Both the position numbers and the translations under genes were made by a program. A stretch of DNA of 32,000 nucleotides from Xanthomonas campestris pv. campestris str. ATCC 33913 (GTDB lineage Bacteria; Pseudomonadota; Gammaproteobacteria; Xanthomonadales; Xanthomonadaceae), in contig NC_003902.1 of assembly GCF_000007145.1 (NCBI RefSeq), positions 3,896,497-3,928,496 on the forward strand, in the 5' to 3' direction. Shown here one piece after another: positions 18,884 through 26,571 of this stretch. A model generated the notes under the pieces. The model saw only the letters and a list, made by a program, of their open reading frames with translations. It was not told the origin of the DNA and did not search any database. Each line of letters begins with the position of its first letter. Within the stretch, counting starts at the first letter, position 1.

Positions 18884-20068
18884 ATGATCAAGCGGATCGC
18901 ACCGATGACTGCCCCGATACCGACTGCCACTGCTGCAGGCCGGTGTGCGCCGCGCGGGACAAGCTGGTTGGGGCCCTTGGCCGATATCGGCTTCGGTGAC
19001 TTCATTTTCTTCAAACTTGTCAACGATTACTTCAGCAACGAGATCCAGAAGTTCGGGCTGGAGCTGATGCGCAACAGCATGCGCTGGGTCAGCACCATCG
19101 CACTGACGGTCACCACGCTGTGGGTGATGATCCTGGGCTACCGCATCGCCACCGGGCAGTCGCGCGAGAGCGCCATGGCCACGATGATCAAGGCCGGCAA
19201 GGTCGCCATCATCATCAGCATTGCCTCGGCACTCGGGGCCAATGGCGCCATGCTGCACCAGACACTGACCGAGAACCTGGACAAGCAAATCCATGGGCTG
19301 TTCACCGGCAAGGAAGGCAGCACTGCCGCCGATGCCATCGACGAAAATCTGGCCTATACACAGTTGGCGCTGACCGCGCTGGATGCGGTCCGTATCGAAC
19401 CCAATGACACCGAAGTGCTGGAAAAGAAGAGCCGGGCCATCTTCATGGCCAGCTTCGGCACCGCCAGCCCGCCGATGGCCGCCGGGGCGATGCTGCTGCT
19501 GTTCAAGTTCACCATGGCCTTCTTGATCGGGATCGGGCCGATCTTCATCCTGGCGCTGATCTTCGACCAGACCAAGGACCTGTTCAAGAAGTGGCTGTTC
19601 TACATCATCGGCACACTGTTCTCGATGGCCATGCTCTCGGTGGTGACGGCCATGGTGCTCGAGTTCACCGCCAAGGTGGCCAAGGCCTACTGGGCGGCAG
19701 AAATCATCATGCTCGGCAATGCCGAAGGCCTGTCGACCCAGGCCCTGCAGCAGGGCGGTATCGGGTTGCTCATGACGGTGCTGATCATCAGCGTCCCCAC
19801 AATGGTTGCGGCCGTATGGCAGGGCAACATGGGCAACTTCATGCACTTCTCGGCATTTGGGGGCGCCACCGCATCGAGCCCAGGACCGCAGGGGCAGCCG
19901 GCTGGGTCGTATGTGCCGCAGCAGATTGCGGCAAATAGGGATGGCGAGTCGGAAAAGCAGGTTTCGCAGGCAACAGCAACCAAGGTAACAGGCGCGCCAA
20001 CAACCCAAGTAACCCAGCCGATCGGTTCGCGCGGGCAAGCGGGACGAGGTGGCACGCAAGATGTTTGA
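18884..20068 (+). CDS. virB6: VirB6/TrbL-family protein, copy 2
   Basis: 394 aa with the same core as copy 1. It starts 4 nt after the lipase-1 stop. Unique tail IAANRDGESEKQVSQATATKVTG.... Confidence 0.85.
   Translation: MIKRIAPMTAPIPTATAAGRCAPRGTSWLGPLADIGFGDFIFFKLVNDYFSNEIQKFGLELMRNSMRWVSTIALTVTTLWVMILGYRIATGQSRESAMATMIKAGKVAIIISIASALGANGAMLHQTLTENLDKQIHGLFTGKEGSTAADAIDENLAYTQLALTALDAVRIEPNDTEVLEKKSRAIFMASFGTASPPMAAGAMLLLFKFTMAFLIGIGPIFILALIFDQTKDLFKKWLFYIIGTLFSMAMLSVVTAMVLEFTAKVAKAYWAAEIIMLGNAEGLSTQALQQGGIGLLMTVLIISVPTMVAAVWQGNMGNFMHFSAFGGATASSPGPQGQPAGSYVPQQIAANRDGESEKQVSQATATKVTGAPTTQVTQPIGSRGQAGRGGTQDV
19001..19924 (+). repeat. 924-bp near-identical direct repeat, copy A (virB6-2 core)
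   Basis: Manual alignment with 23550-24473 at a constant offset of 4549 bp gives 6 mismatches and no indels. Confidence 0.9.
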
Positions 20069-20118
20069 TAAGTTTGATCCAAACTAATTAACTATGTCGC
20101 CGTATAGGTTAGATATTC

Positions 20119-20634
20119 ATGAAGCACTTAGCTCTCCTGGCTTTACCAATTTTCCTTATCTCTGCTTGCGCAAGGGCAGAGCAGGGATGTCCCCCAGGAC
20201 AAATCCCTGCTCAATCGAACGGGAGCATTACTTCGTGCGGGCCGATTCCTGCCGGATATAACCAAGAGCAGCCGGCTTCCTCACCACGCCCTCTTGGCAA
20301 ATGGATAAAAACCTGGGGGGCGATTGCTAGTGACAATGAAGGCGGGAATCTCGGCGTATCGACAGACAATTTAAAAAGAAAACAGGCCGAGAAGGAAGCG
20401 GTTAAACAGTGCGAGGGAGAAAGCCGAAAAAAATGCAAGGTCGTTATGTCGTATGAAAATCAGTGTATTTCAGTTGCCAGGCCTGATGGCAGCGGAACTA
20501 TCACCTTTACTCGCGGCCCCTCTGCTGAAAATACAAGTAAGGACGTACTGGCAGACTGCCAGAAAGAGAACAGTGGCAGCAAATGCAGCATAATCTACGA
20601 AAACTGCACTAAACAGATCTTTAAATCCTTCTAA
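20119..20634 (+). CDS. Secreted Cys-rich DUF4189-like protein, cassette 2
   Basis: 171 aa. Signal peptide MKHLALLALPIFLISACARA (possible lipobox ISAC), then CPPGQIPAQ...PLGKWIKTWGAIA...NQCISVARP...CSIIYENCTKQIFKSF. Confidence 0.75.
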   Translation: MKHLALLALPIFLISACARAEQGCPPGQIPAQSNGSITSCGPIPAGYNQEQPASSPRPLGKWIKTWGAIASDNEGGNLGVSTDNLKRKQAEKEAVKQCEGESRKKCKVVMSYENQCISVARPDGSGTITFTRGPSAENTSKDVLADCQKENSGSKCSIIYENCTKQIFKSF

Positions 20635-20676
20635 AATCGATATCGATTTTTAAAAAGTAAGTTTTCATGGGAAAGT

Positions 20677-20844
20677 ATGGGTCTATTAGGACTGCCACTG
20701 GTCCCAGATTGCTGGTTGCCAGTGAATCCGGCGACCGGGGCATTGACGGTCATCGCCCCATACCGCTTCAACACGGTCTCGGCACAGATGTTTACACGTA
20801 TCTGCCCGAACGCATTTCTAACCCCTGACAACGTTCGCTGTTAG
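20677..20844 (+). CDS. Conserved small ORF (DCWLP family), cassette 2; the only copy with an ATG start and intact frame
   Basis: Below the ORF-track size cutoff. My translation is MGLLGLPLVPDCWLPVNPATGALTVIAPYRFNTVSAQMFTRICPNAFLTPDNVRC (55 aa). Against copy 1, 13 of 21 identical residues use different synonymous codons by my manual count. Confidence 0.55.
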   Translation: MGLLGLPLVPDCWLPVNPATGALTVIAPYRFNTVSAQMFTRICPNAFLTPDNVRC

Positions 20845-20871
20845 TTGAGTAAAGCGCGTCGGAGCTGAGTA

Positions 20872-21402
20872 ATGCATAGAGTGCTGCCCCCGCATAAAGC
20901 AGGTGGGTACCGGTCAGCCGCCGGGGTACGCAACATGCTGACCATTCTCTTGCTGATAACCTTACTCACCGCTAGTTTGGTAGTCTTGGCCTATCGCACT
21001 TCGATCGGCGGCCTAATGGAACTTGCACAGTGTGCAGCCATCATCGGAGCCGCCCTGCACTTCGCCATCGTCATACTGCTTGTGGGGTTTGTTGCACGAG
21101 CCCTGGCTGTCTGGAGAAAGCTGCACGCAGAAGGAAAACAGACGAGCGAACTGAAACAGTTGCAGCGAGTCATCGTCAGTGGAACTACTATGACGTTACT
21201 GATGTTTCTTCTCGCTGTCATTGCAGCTTGCGTTCCCCCATTGATGAAGATAATGACGCAGGTCCCAGAATTCGGAGTGGTCTTCGCTCTGATGCTCGTG
21301 GCATTGTTGCTTCATAACGTCAACATCAATCGCATATGCAGACTACTGACCGATGCCATCACAGCCGCGCAGCAGGCGGCACAACGTACGATGGCAGCAT
21401 GA
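20872..21402 (+). CDS. Four-TM membrane protein of unknown function, cassette 2
   Basis: 176 aa with four hydrophobic segments (LTILLLITLLTASLVVLAY; AAIIGAALHFAIVILLVGFV; TMTLLMFLLAVIAACVPPL; FGVVFALMLVALLL). Its stop overlaps the lipoprotein start (ATGA at 21399-21402). The paralogue is at 26572. Confidence 0.75.
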   Translation: MHRVLPPHKAGGYRSAAGVRNMLTILLLITLLTASLVVLAYRTSIGGLMELAQCAAIIGAALHFAIVILLVGFVARALAVWRKLHAEGKQTSELKQLQRVIVSGTTMTLLMFLLAVIAACVPPLMKIMTQVPEFGVVFALMLVALLLHNVNINRICRLLTDAITAAQQAAQRTMAA

Positions 21403-22055
21403 TCGGTTATCTGAAAATCAAGATTTTTGACTGTCTTTTCCTGGTTCTCTTAGCAGGATGCAACCCCATGAATGCTGCTTCTGAAAGACACGACGCTAGC
21501 GACACTACTGCTGACGGCGATCCGGTCTACCGCAAGAACCCGCGTCCGACGCAGGCATACCGGATCACGATGACCATCGAGGATGCGCCCGGGCCGTTTG
21601 AGTGGGTGTCGGGGACAGCATTCTATGAAATGACCAACCACAAGCAATGCACGCCAATCGAACCAATTGCAGGTGTCTGGAATAAATCCAGTGAAGACGG
21701 GATCCCCATCCACTTTAATAAAATCAATGACACCACCTATGTGGCGACGATCTACGCAGATGGAATGGTTGATGCGGATTATTACGGCAAGGGAGCATGT
21801 TATTTTGAGTTGGACGGAGTTGGAATTTCCCTGAAAGCGACCGAAAAGCATGAAGACACACGCTTTCAGCCGGCCCTGTTTAAAAATGAGATTTACAGCC
21901 CGGCCCCAAAGGTTACTTACTTTTGGAAAGGACGCTACCCAAAAGAGGATATAGACAACTTCCCTGATAGCGGCAGATCAAGAATCGACCAATTCAATGA
22001 CAATGCCCGCAATGACATCTTTAAAGTCACTCTGACTACTGAAAAGGTGATTTAA
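21399..22055 (+). CDS. Lipoprotein, putative cognate immunity protein for lipase 2
   Basis: Track ORF 21336..22055 trimmed to MIGYLKIKIFDCLFLVLLAGC (lipobox LAGC). Its stop overlaps the lipase-2 ATG (TAATG). Confidence 0.8.
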   Translation: MIGYLKIKIFDCLFLVLLAGCNPMNAASERHDASDTTADGDPVYRKNPRPTQAYRITMTIEDAPGPFEWVSGTAFYEMTNHKQCTPIEPIAGVWNKSSEDGIPIHFNKINDTTYVATIYADGMVDADYYGKGACYFELDGVGISLKATEKHEDTRFQPALFKNEIYSPAPKVTYFWKGRYPKEDIDNFPDSGRSRIDQFNDNARNDIFKVTLTTEKVI

Positions 22056-23431
22056 TGAGCCTTACGAGCCAACAGTACGCGGCGCTCTCTGACGATGCGT
22101 ATAAAGAGCCGCGAGAGACGGGCCTGGATAGTCGCCCTGCAGATATTGGCGGCATTACTTACAAGCGCCTTGAGTATGTAGACAGTCCTTCAGGCTATCA
22201 GGGCATCATCTACCAGCGGATCGACACCAACGAGATCATCGTCGCTCATCGCGGCACCGAGACTGAGCGTGAGCTCAAGCAGGATGGTGTCTACACCGAT
22301 GGCGGCATGGTCGCAGCACGTCACAATCGCCAGGCCGCCGAAGCCATTGAGTTGACCAAGCATGCGTTGGTCTATGCACAAAAACTAGGCAAGGACGGCG
22401 AAGCACTCGACGTCACCGTCACCGGCCATTCCCTCGGCGGCAACTTGGCCCAGGTCACCGCCCACCACTACGGCCTCAAGGGCGAGACTTTCAATGCCTA
22501 TGGCGCAGTCAGCCTGGATCGGCGCATTCCCGAGGGCGGTGTCGATGTCATCAATCATGTGATGGCAGGCGATGCGGTCAGTGCTGCGAGCAAGCACTAC
22601 GGCCAAGTGAAGCTCTATGCCGCGCCGCAGGAGATTGCTACGCTGGAAAAGGCCGGTTACGACAACACACGCGGTGTTCTGGACGTACGTAATCCTATCG
22701 TTGCAAAGGAGTTGGGCGACTCGCACCGCATGCACAACTTCCTGCCGGTGGATGCCAACGGCGCGCCGGATCGCTCCGTTCTGGAAAACCCCAAGGCGCA
22801 GCAGTTGGCGCACAAGTTTGCGCCGATGATCGACGAGTACCGTGATGACGTGGAGGTGTTGCGCGGCAGCGTGGCCTTGGGTGTACGCGGTAATTATGGC
22901 CTGGCGGACGATGGAATCGATGCCTTGCGTGGCACCCTAGCACCCGGCGCCGGAACGAAAGAGATGGCAGCGGCGCGCTGGCAGGAGGTGCGGCAGCGCA
23001 TGGAGGCAGAGCATCAGCAGCAGTACGTGCCACCCGGCTGGAAGATACCATTGGGCGCATCCGGCAGCGAAGTGGATGCACCGGCAACGCCGCGTGGTCG
23101 GTTTGGCGAGCCTGCATCCGCGTCGGTTCCCAGCGATCCGCTTTATCAGGCCATCCACAGCAAACTCCCTGCAGGCACTTCGCCGGCCGAGGCCATGCAC
23201 GCTACGGTCGAGGCCAAACGTGCAGGCATCGTTCGTCCCGATCAGTTGCAAAGCGTGACATCGCATCAAGACAGTGTCTGGATCGTCGGACAGACACCCG
23301 GCTTCCGGATCAAGGTGGATTTGTCCGAGACCGTGCCTCCCCTGCAAGAAAGTATCCGTCAGTCGCAGGCACTGGATACGCAGCGGTCGCAGCCGGACAT
23401 GACTCAGCAACCGCCCGCACGTGTAATGTAA
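22055..23431 (+). CDS. Class-3 lipase/phospholipase with XVIPCD-like C-terminal domain, copy 2
   Basis: 458 aa. VTVTGHSLGG (Ser codon 22430-22432). C-terminus DPLYQAIHSKLPAGTSPAEAMHATVEAKRAGIVRPDQLQSVTSHQDSVWIVGQTPGFRIKVDL...LQESIRQSQALDTQRSQ. Confidence 0.8.
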   Translation: MSLTSQQYAALSDDAYKEPRETGLDSRPADIGGITYKRLEYVDSPSGYQGIIYQRIDTNEIIVAHRGTETERELKQDGVYTDGGMVAARHNRQAAEAIELTKHALVYAQKLGKDGEALDVTVTGHSLGGNLAQVTAHHYGLKGETFNAYGAVSLDRRIPEGGVDVINHVMAGDAVSAASKHYGQVKLYAAPQEIATLEKAGYDNTRGVLDVRNPIVAKELGDSHRMHNFLPVDANGAPDRSVLENPKAQQLAHKFAPMIDEYRDDVEVLRGSVALGVRGNYGLADDGIDALRGTLAPGAGTKEMAAARWQEVRQRMEAEHQQQYVPPGWKIPLGASGSEVDAPATPRGRFGEPASASVPSDPLYQAIHSKLPAGTSPAEAMHATVEAKRAGIVRPDQLQSVTSHQDSVWIVGQTPGFRIKVDLSETVPPLQESIRQSQALDTQRSQPDMTQQPPARVM

Positions 23432-23435
23432 GGCC

Positions 23436-24623
23436 ATGATCGAGCGGATCGCACCGATGACTACCCCGATGCCCACTGCCACGGCAGCCCGGTGTGCGCC
23501 ACGTGCGGCAAGCTGGTTGCAGCCCTTGGCCGATATCGGCCTCGGTGACTTCATTTTCTTCAAACTGGTCAACGATTACTTCAGCAACGAGATCCAGAAG
23601 TTCGGGCTGGAGCTGATGCGCAACAGCATGCGCTGGGTCAGCACCATCGCACTGGCGGTCACCACGCTGTGGGTGATGATCCTGGGCTACCGCATCGCCA
23701 CCGGGCAGTCGCGCGAGAGCGCCATGGCCACGATGATCAAGGCCGGCAAGGTCGCCATCATCATCAGCATTGCCTCGGCACTCGGGGCCAATGGCGCCAT
23801 GCTGCACCAGACACTGACCGAGAACCTGGACAAGCAAATCCATGGGCTGTTCACCGGCAAGGAAGGCAGCACTGCCGCCGATGCCATCGACGAAAATCTG
23901 GCCTATACACAGTTGGCGCTGACCGCGCTGGATGCGGTCCGTATCGAACCCAATGACACCGAAGTGCTGGAAAAGAAGAGCCGGGCCATCTTCATGGCCA
24001 GCTTCGGCACCGCCAGCCCGCCGATGGCCGCCGGGGCGATGCTGCTGCTGTTCAAGTTCACCATGGCCTTCTTGATCGGGATCGGGCCGATCTTCATCCT
24101 GGCGCTGATCTTCGACCAGACCAAGGACCTGTTCAAGAAGTGGCTGTTCTACATCATCGGCACACTGTTCTCGATGGCCATGCTCTCGGTGGTGACAGCC
24201 ATGGTGCTCGAGTTCACCGCCAAGGTGGCCAAGGCCTACTGGGCGGCAGAAATCATCATGCTCGGCAATGCCGAAGGCCTGTCGACCCAGGCCCTGCAGC
24301 AGGGCGGTATCGGGTTGCTCATGACCGTGCTGATCATCAGCGTCCCCACAATGGTTGCGGCCGTATGGGAGGGCAACATGGGCAACTTCATGCACTTCTC
24401 GGCATTTGGGGGCGCCACCGCATCGAGCCCAGGACCGCAGGGGCAGCCGGCCGGGTCGTATGTGCCGCAGCAGTCGTCTAGGTCTACAGATCGGCCTACT
24501 GAGGTTGCGAACGACACACCCAGAACAGTATCCCGCGCAGTCGGTCAACCGGGAAGCTCTGATTCTATTCCTGTGCCAGGTTCTCGCGGCAATGCCGGAA
24601 GAAATGAAAGTGGCAATGCCTAA
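23436..24623 (+). CDS. virB6: VirB6/TrbL-family protein, copy 3
   Basis: 395 aa. The core is almost nucleotide-identical to copy 2. Unique tail SSRSTDRPTEVANDTPRTVSRAVG.... Confidence 0.85.
   Translation: MIERIAPMTTPMPTATAARCAPRAASWLQPLADIGLGDFIFFKLVNDYFSNEIQKFGLELMRNSMRWVSTIALAVTTLWVMILGYRIATGQSRESAMATMIKAGKVAIIISIASALGANGAMLHQTLTENLDKQIHGLFTGKEGSTAADAIDENLAYTQLALTALDAVRIEPNDTEVLEKKSRAIFMASFGTASPPMAAGAMLLLFKFTMAFLIGIGPIFILALIFDQTKDLFKKWLFYIIGTLFSMAMLSVVTAMVLEFTAKVAKAYWAAEIIMLGNAEGLSTQALQQGGIGLLMTVLIISVPTMVAAVWEGNMGNFMHFSAFGGATASSPGPQGQPAGSYVPQQSSRSTDRPTEVANDTPRTVSRAVGQPGSSDSIPVPGSRGNAGRNESGNA
23550..24473 (+). repeat. 924-bp near-identical direct repeat, copy B (virB6-3 core)
   Basis: See 19001-19924. 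Sequence identity breaks abruptly at both ends, at the N-terminal leader and at the C-terminal tail. Confidence 0.9.
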
Positions 24624-25156
24624 GATTGCTTGGTTTTGAGCCATACACGAGGTTGTATGAATATGACATCTAATCGATTTTTTTTGCTTCTTCTTTTGAT
24701 CATTGGGCTTCCGTCAATGGCCGAGCAGGGCTGTCCACCTGGACAAATTCCTGCGCAGGCAAACGGCAATATCACCTCCTGCGGTCCAATTCCCTCCGGT
24801 TATTACGAGCAACAGGGCTCTGCCGCCCCTCGGCCGATTGGAAAATGGATTAAGACCTGGGGAGCTGTTTCACTTGATGGCTCGGGTACTGTAGGAGTTG
24901 CCTACGGTAAACTTTCTAAGCGTGAAGCACAGCAAGGTGCTATTTCCAGTTGTGTCGAGGCTGGTGGCGAAAAGTGTCATGACTGGGCTACCTATTATAA
25001 CCAGTGCGCAGCTGTTGCAGAACCTTACAAAGATGGAAAATCCATTGGTGGAAAATTACAATTCGTTGGAGGCGCGGCACTTGAACAAGCCAAAGCTGAT
25101 GCAGAGAAGAAATGCACTGTCGCAAATAATAGCTCATGCCGAGTAATTTACTCTAA

Positions 25157-26315
25157 GGAACCTCTGAACAACGCACCACAGATACGCGACACTACCCGCC
25201 TGATGTTGAGGGGTGATCCATGCAACTGACGTTCGGTGACGCTGAGGGCCTGGGCAAGCGCAAGCAGACGCGCCGGGAGATCTTTCTGGCCGAGATGGAG
25301 CAGGTCGTCCCGTGGCAGCAACTGCTCGGGCTGGTCGCGCCGCACTATCCGGTCTCGGGGCGGCCAGGTCGGCAGCCGTACGCACTGGCGACGATGTTGC
25401 GGATTCATCTGCTGCAGCAGTGGTATGCGTTGAGCGATCCGGCGATGGAAGAAGCACTGCACGAGATCCCGACCTTGCGGCGCTTTGCCCAGCTCGGTGG
25501 CTTGGACAACGTTCCGGACGAGACCACGATTCTCAACTTTCGCCGCCTGCTGGAGACCCATGGCCTTGCCGCGCGGATGCTGGAAGCGGTCAACGCGCAT
25601 CTGGCGCGCAAGGGCCAGAGCCTGCGGTCGGGCACGATCGTCGATGCGACGCTGATCGCGGCGCCCAGTTCGACCAAGAACGCCGACCATGCGCGCGACC
25701 CTGAGATGCATCAGACCAAGAAGGGCAATCAGTGGTATTTCGGGATGAAGGCGCACATCGGCGTGGATGAATTTTCCGGGTTGGTGCACCACGTCCATTG
25801 CACAGCCGCCAACGTCGCCGATGTCACGGTGACGCACGCATTGCTGCATGGCAAAGAAGACAGCGTGTTTGGCGACAGCGGCTACACCGGTGCGGATAAG
25901 CGCGAAGAACTGCAGGACTGCGAGGCTGCATTTTTCATTGCTGCCAAGCGTTCGGTGCTTCAAGCCATCGGCAACAAGCGGGAGCGTGCTCGGGAACAGC
26001 GCTGGGAACACTTCAAGGCCAGCGTGCGTGCGAAGGTGGAGCATCCGTTCCGGGTGATCAAGCGCCAGTTCGGTTACACCAAGGTCCGCTATCGCGGCCT
26101 GGCGAAGAACACCGCGCAGGTGCTGACGCTGTTTGCGCTGTCAAACCTGTGGATGAAGCGAAAGCAGTTATTGCCTGCTATGGGGAGCGTGCGCCTGTAA
26201 CGCAGGCAACACCCTGCAAACGCGCCGGAAACGGCAAAAAAATCGAGGATCTGAGCGCCGTCAGCCTGGCCGATGTAGTTGGGCTCATCCTCCGACGCCG
26301 TTGATCAGACCATCC
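25157..26315 (+). mobile_element. IS5-family insertion sequence (IS5 subgroup), 1159 bp
   Basis: Terminal inverted repeats GGAACCTCTGAACAACG (25157-) and the complement of CGTTGATCAGACCATCC (-26315) match at 13/17 positions. They are flanked by a 4-bp direct repeat CTAA (25153-25156 and 26316-26319), the classic IS5 target. Single transposase ORF. Confidence 0.9.
25220..26200 (+). CDS. IS5-family DDE transposase
   Basis: 326 aa. MQLTFGDAEGLGKRKQTRREIFLAEMEQVVPWQQL...DPEMHQTKKGNQWYFGMKAHIGVD...VEHPFRVIKRQFGYTKVRYRGLAKN is closely parallel to the E. coli IS5 transposase as I recall it. Confidence 0.95.
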   Translation: MQLTFGDAEGLGKRKQTRREIFLAEMEQVVPWQQLLGLVAPHYPVSGRPGRQPYALATMLRIHLLQQWYALSDPAMEEALHEIPTLRRFAQLGGLDNVPDETTILNFRRLLETHGLAARMLEAVNAHLARKGQSLRSGTIVDATLIAAPSSTKNADHARDPEMHQTKKGNQWYFGMKAHIGVDEFSGLVHHVHCTAANVADVTVTHALLHGKEDSVFGDSGYTGADKREELQDCEAAFFIAAKRSVLQAIGNKRERAREQRWEHFKASVRAKVEHPFRVIKRQFGYTKVRYRGLAKNTAQVLTLFALSNLWMKRKQLLPAMGSVRL

Positions 26316-26349
26316 CTAATTGTTCTGATCAAATTTTTAAAAAGTTTTG

Positions 26350-26544
26350 ATGTACTACAAGATGGTTGGCGCTCTCTCAGTTTGTTAGTTGCCAGTAAAT
26401 CCGGCGACCGGCGCCTTTACGGTCACCAAACTATACTGCTTCAAAGGGGTCTCGGCACAGGTGTTTGCACGCATCTGTCAAAGGCATTTCCTACCGGCAA
26501 TCCTAAATAGTGCGTCCCGAACCCCTGACCACATTCGCCGTTAG
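26350..26544 (+). pseudogene. Conserved small ORF (DCWLP family), cassette 3 copy, inactivated by an in-frame TAG
   Basis: The ATG at 26350 overlaps the restored DUF4189-3 stop (TGATG). The reading is MYYKMVGALSVC-stop-LPVNPATGAFTVTKLYCFKGVSAQVFARIC.... The TAG at 26386-26388 replaces the conserved TGG (Trp) of the other copies. The track ORF 26301..26510 is in a different frame. Confidence 0.55.
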
Positions 26545-26571
26545 TTGAGTAAAGCGCGCCGGAGTTGCGTA

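Larger units (their letters stand above)
24657..26350 (+). pseudogene. DUF4189-like secreted protein, cassette 3, 3' end split by an IS5-family insertion
   Basis: Starts MNMTSNRFFLLLLLIIGLPSMA with GAGG 5 nt upstream; the track ORF uses TTG at 24630. Reading runs into the IS after ...CRVIYSK (25156). Removing 25157-26319 restores ...CRVIYSNCSDQIFKKF-stop at 26348-26350 (176 aa), matching the C-termini of copies 1 and 2. Confidence 0.8.

Noticed and set aside
18689-20059. 456-aa and 444-aa minus-strand ORFs (18689..20059 and 23310..24644) that look like a conserved gene pair
   Set aside because: They are antisense to virB6-2 and virB6-3, and are conserved only because the underlying DNA is a near-identical repeat. 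Their translations are His/Arg/Gly/Asp-rich with no recognisable fold.
24630-24656. TTG start proposed by the track for the cassette-3 DUF4189-like gene
   Set aside because: The ATG at 24657 has GAGG 5 nt upstream and yields a normal signal peptide. The upstream extension adds nine non-homologous residues.
26301-26510. 69-aa track ORF in the IS5-to-4-TM spacer
   Set aside because: It is in the wrong frame. The frame conserved with the other two cassettes is the DCWLP small-ORF frame (26350-26544), which carries a TAG here.
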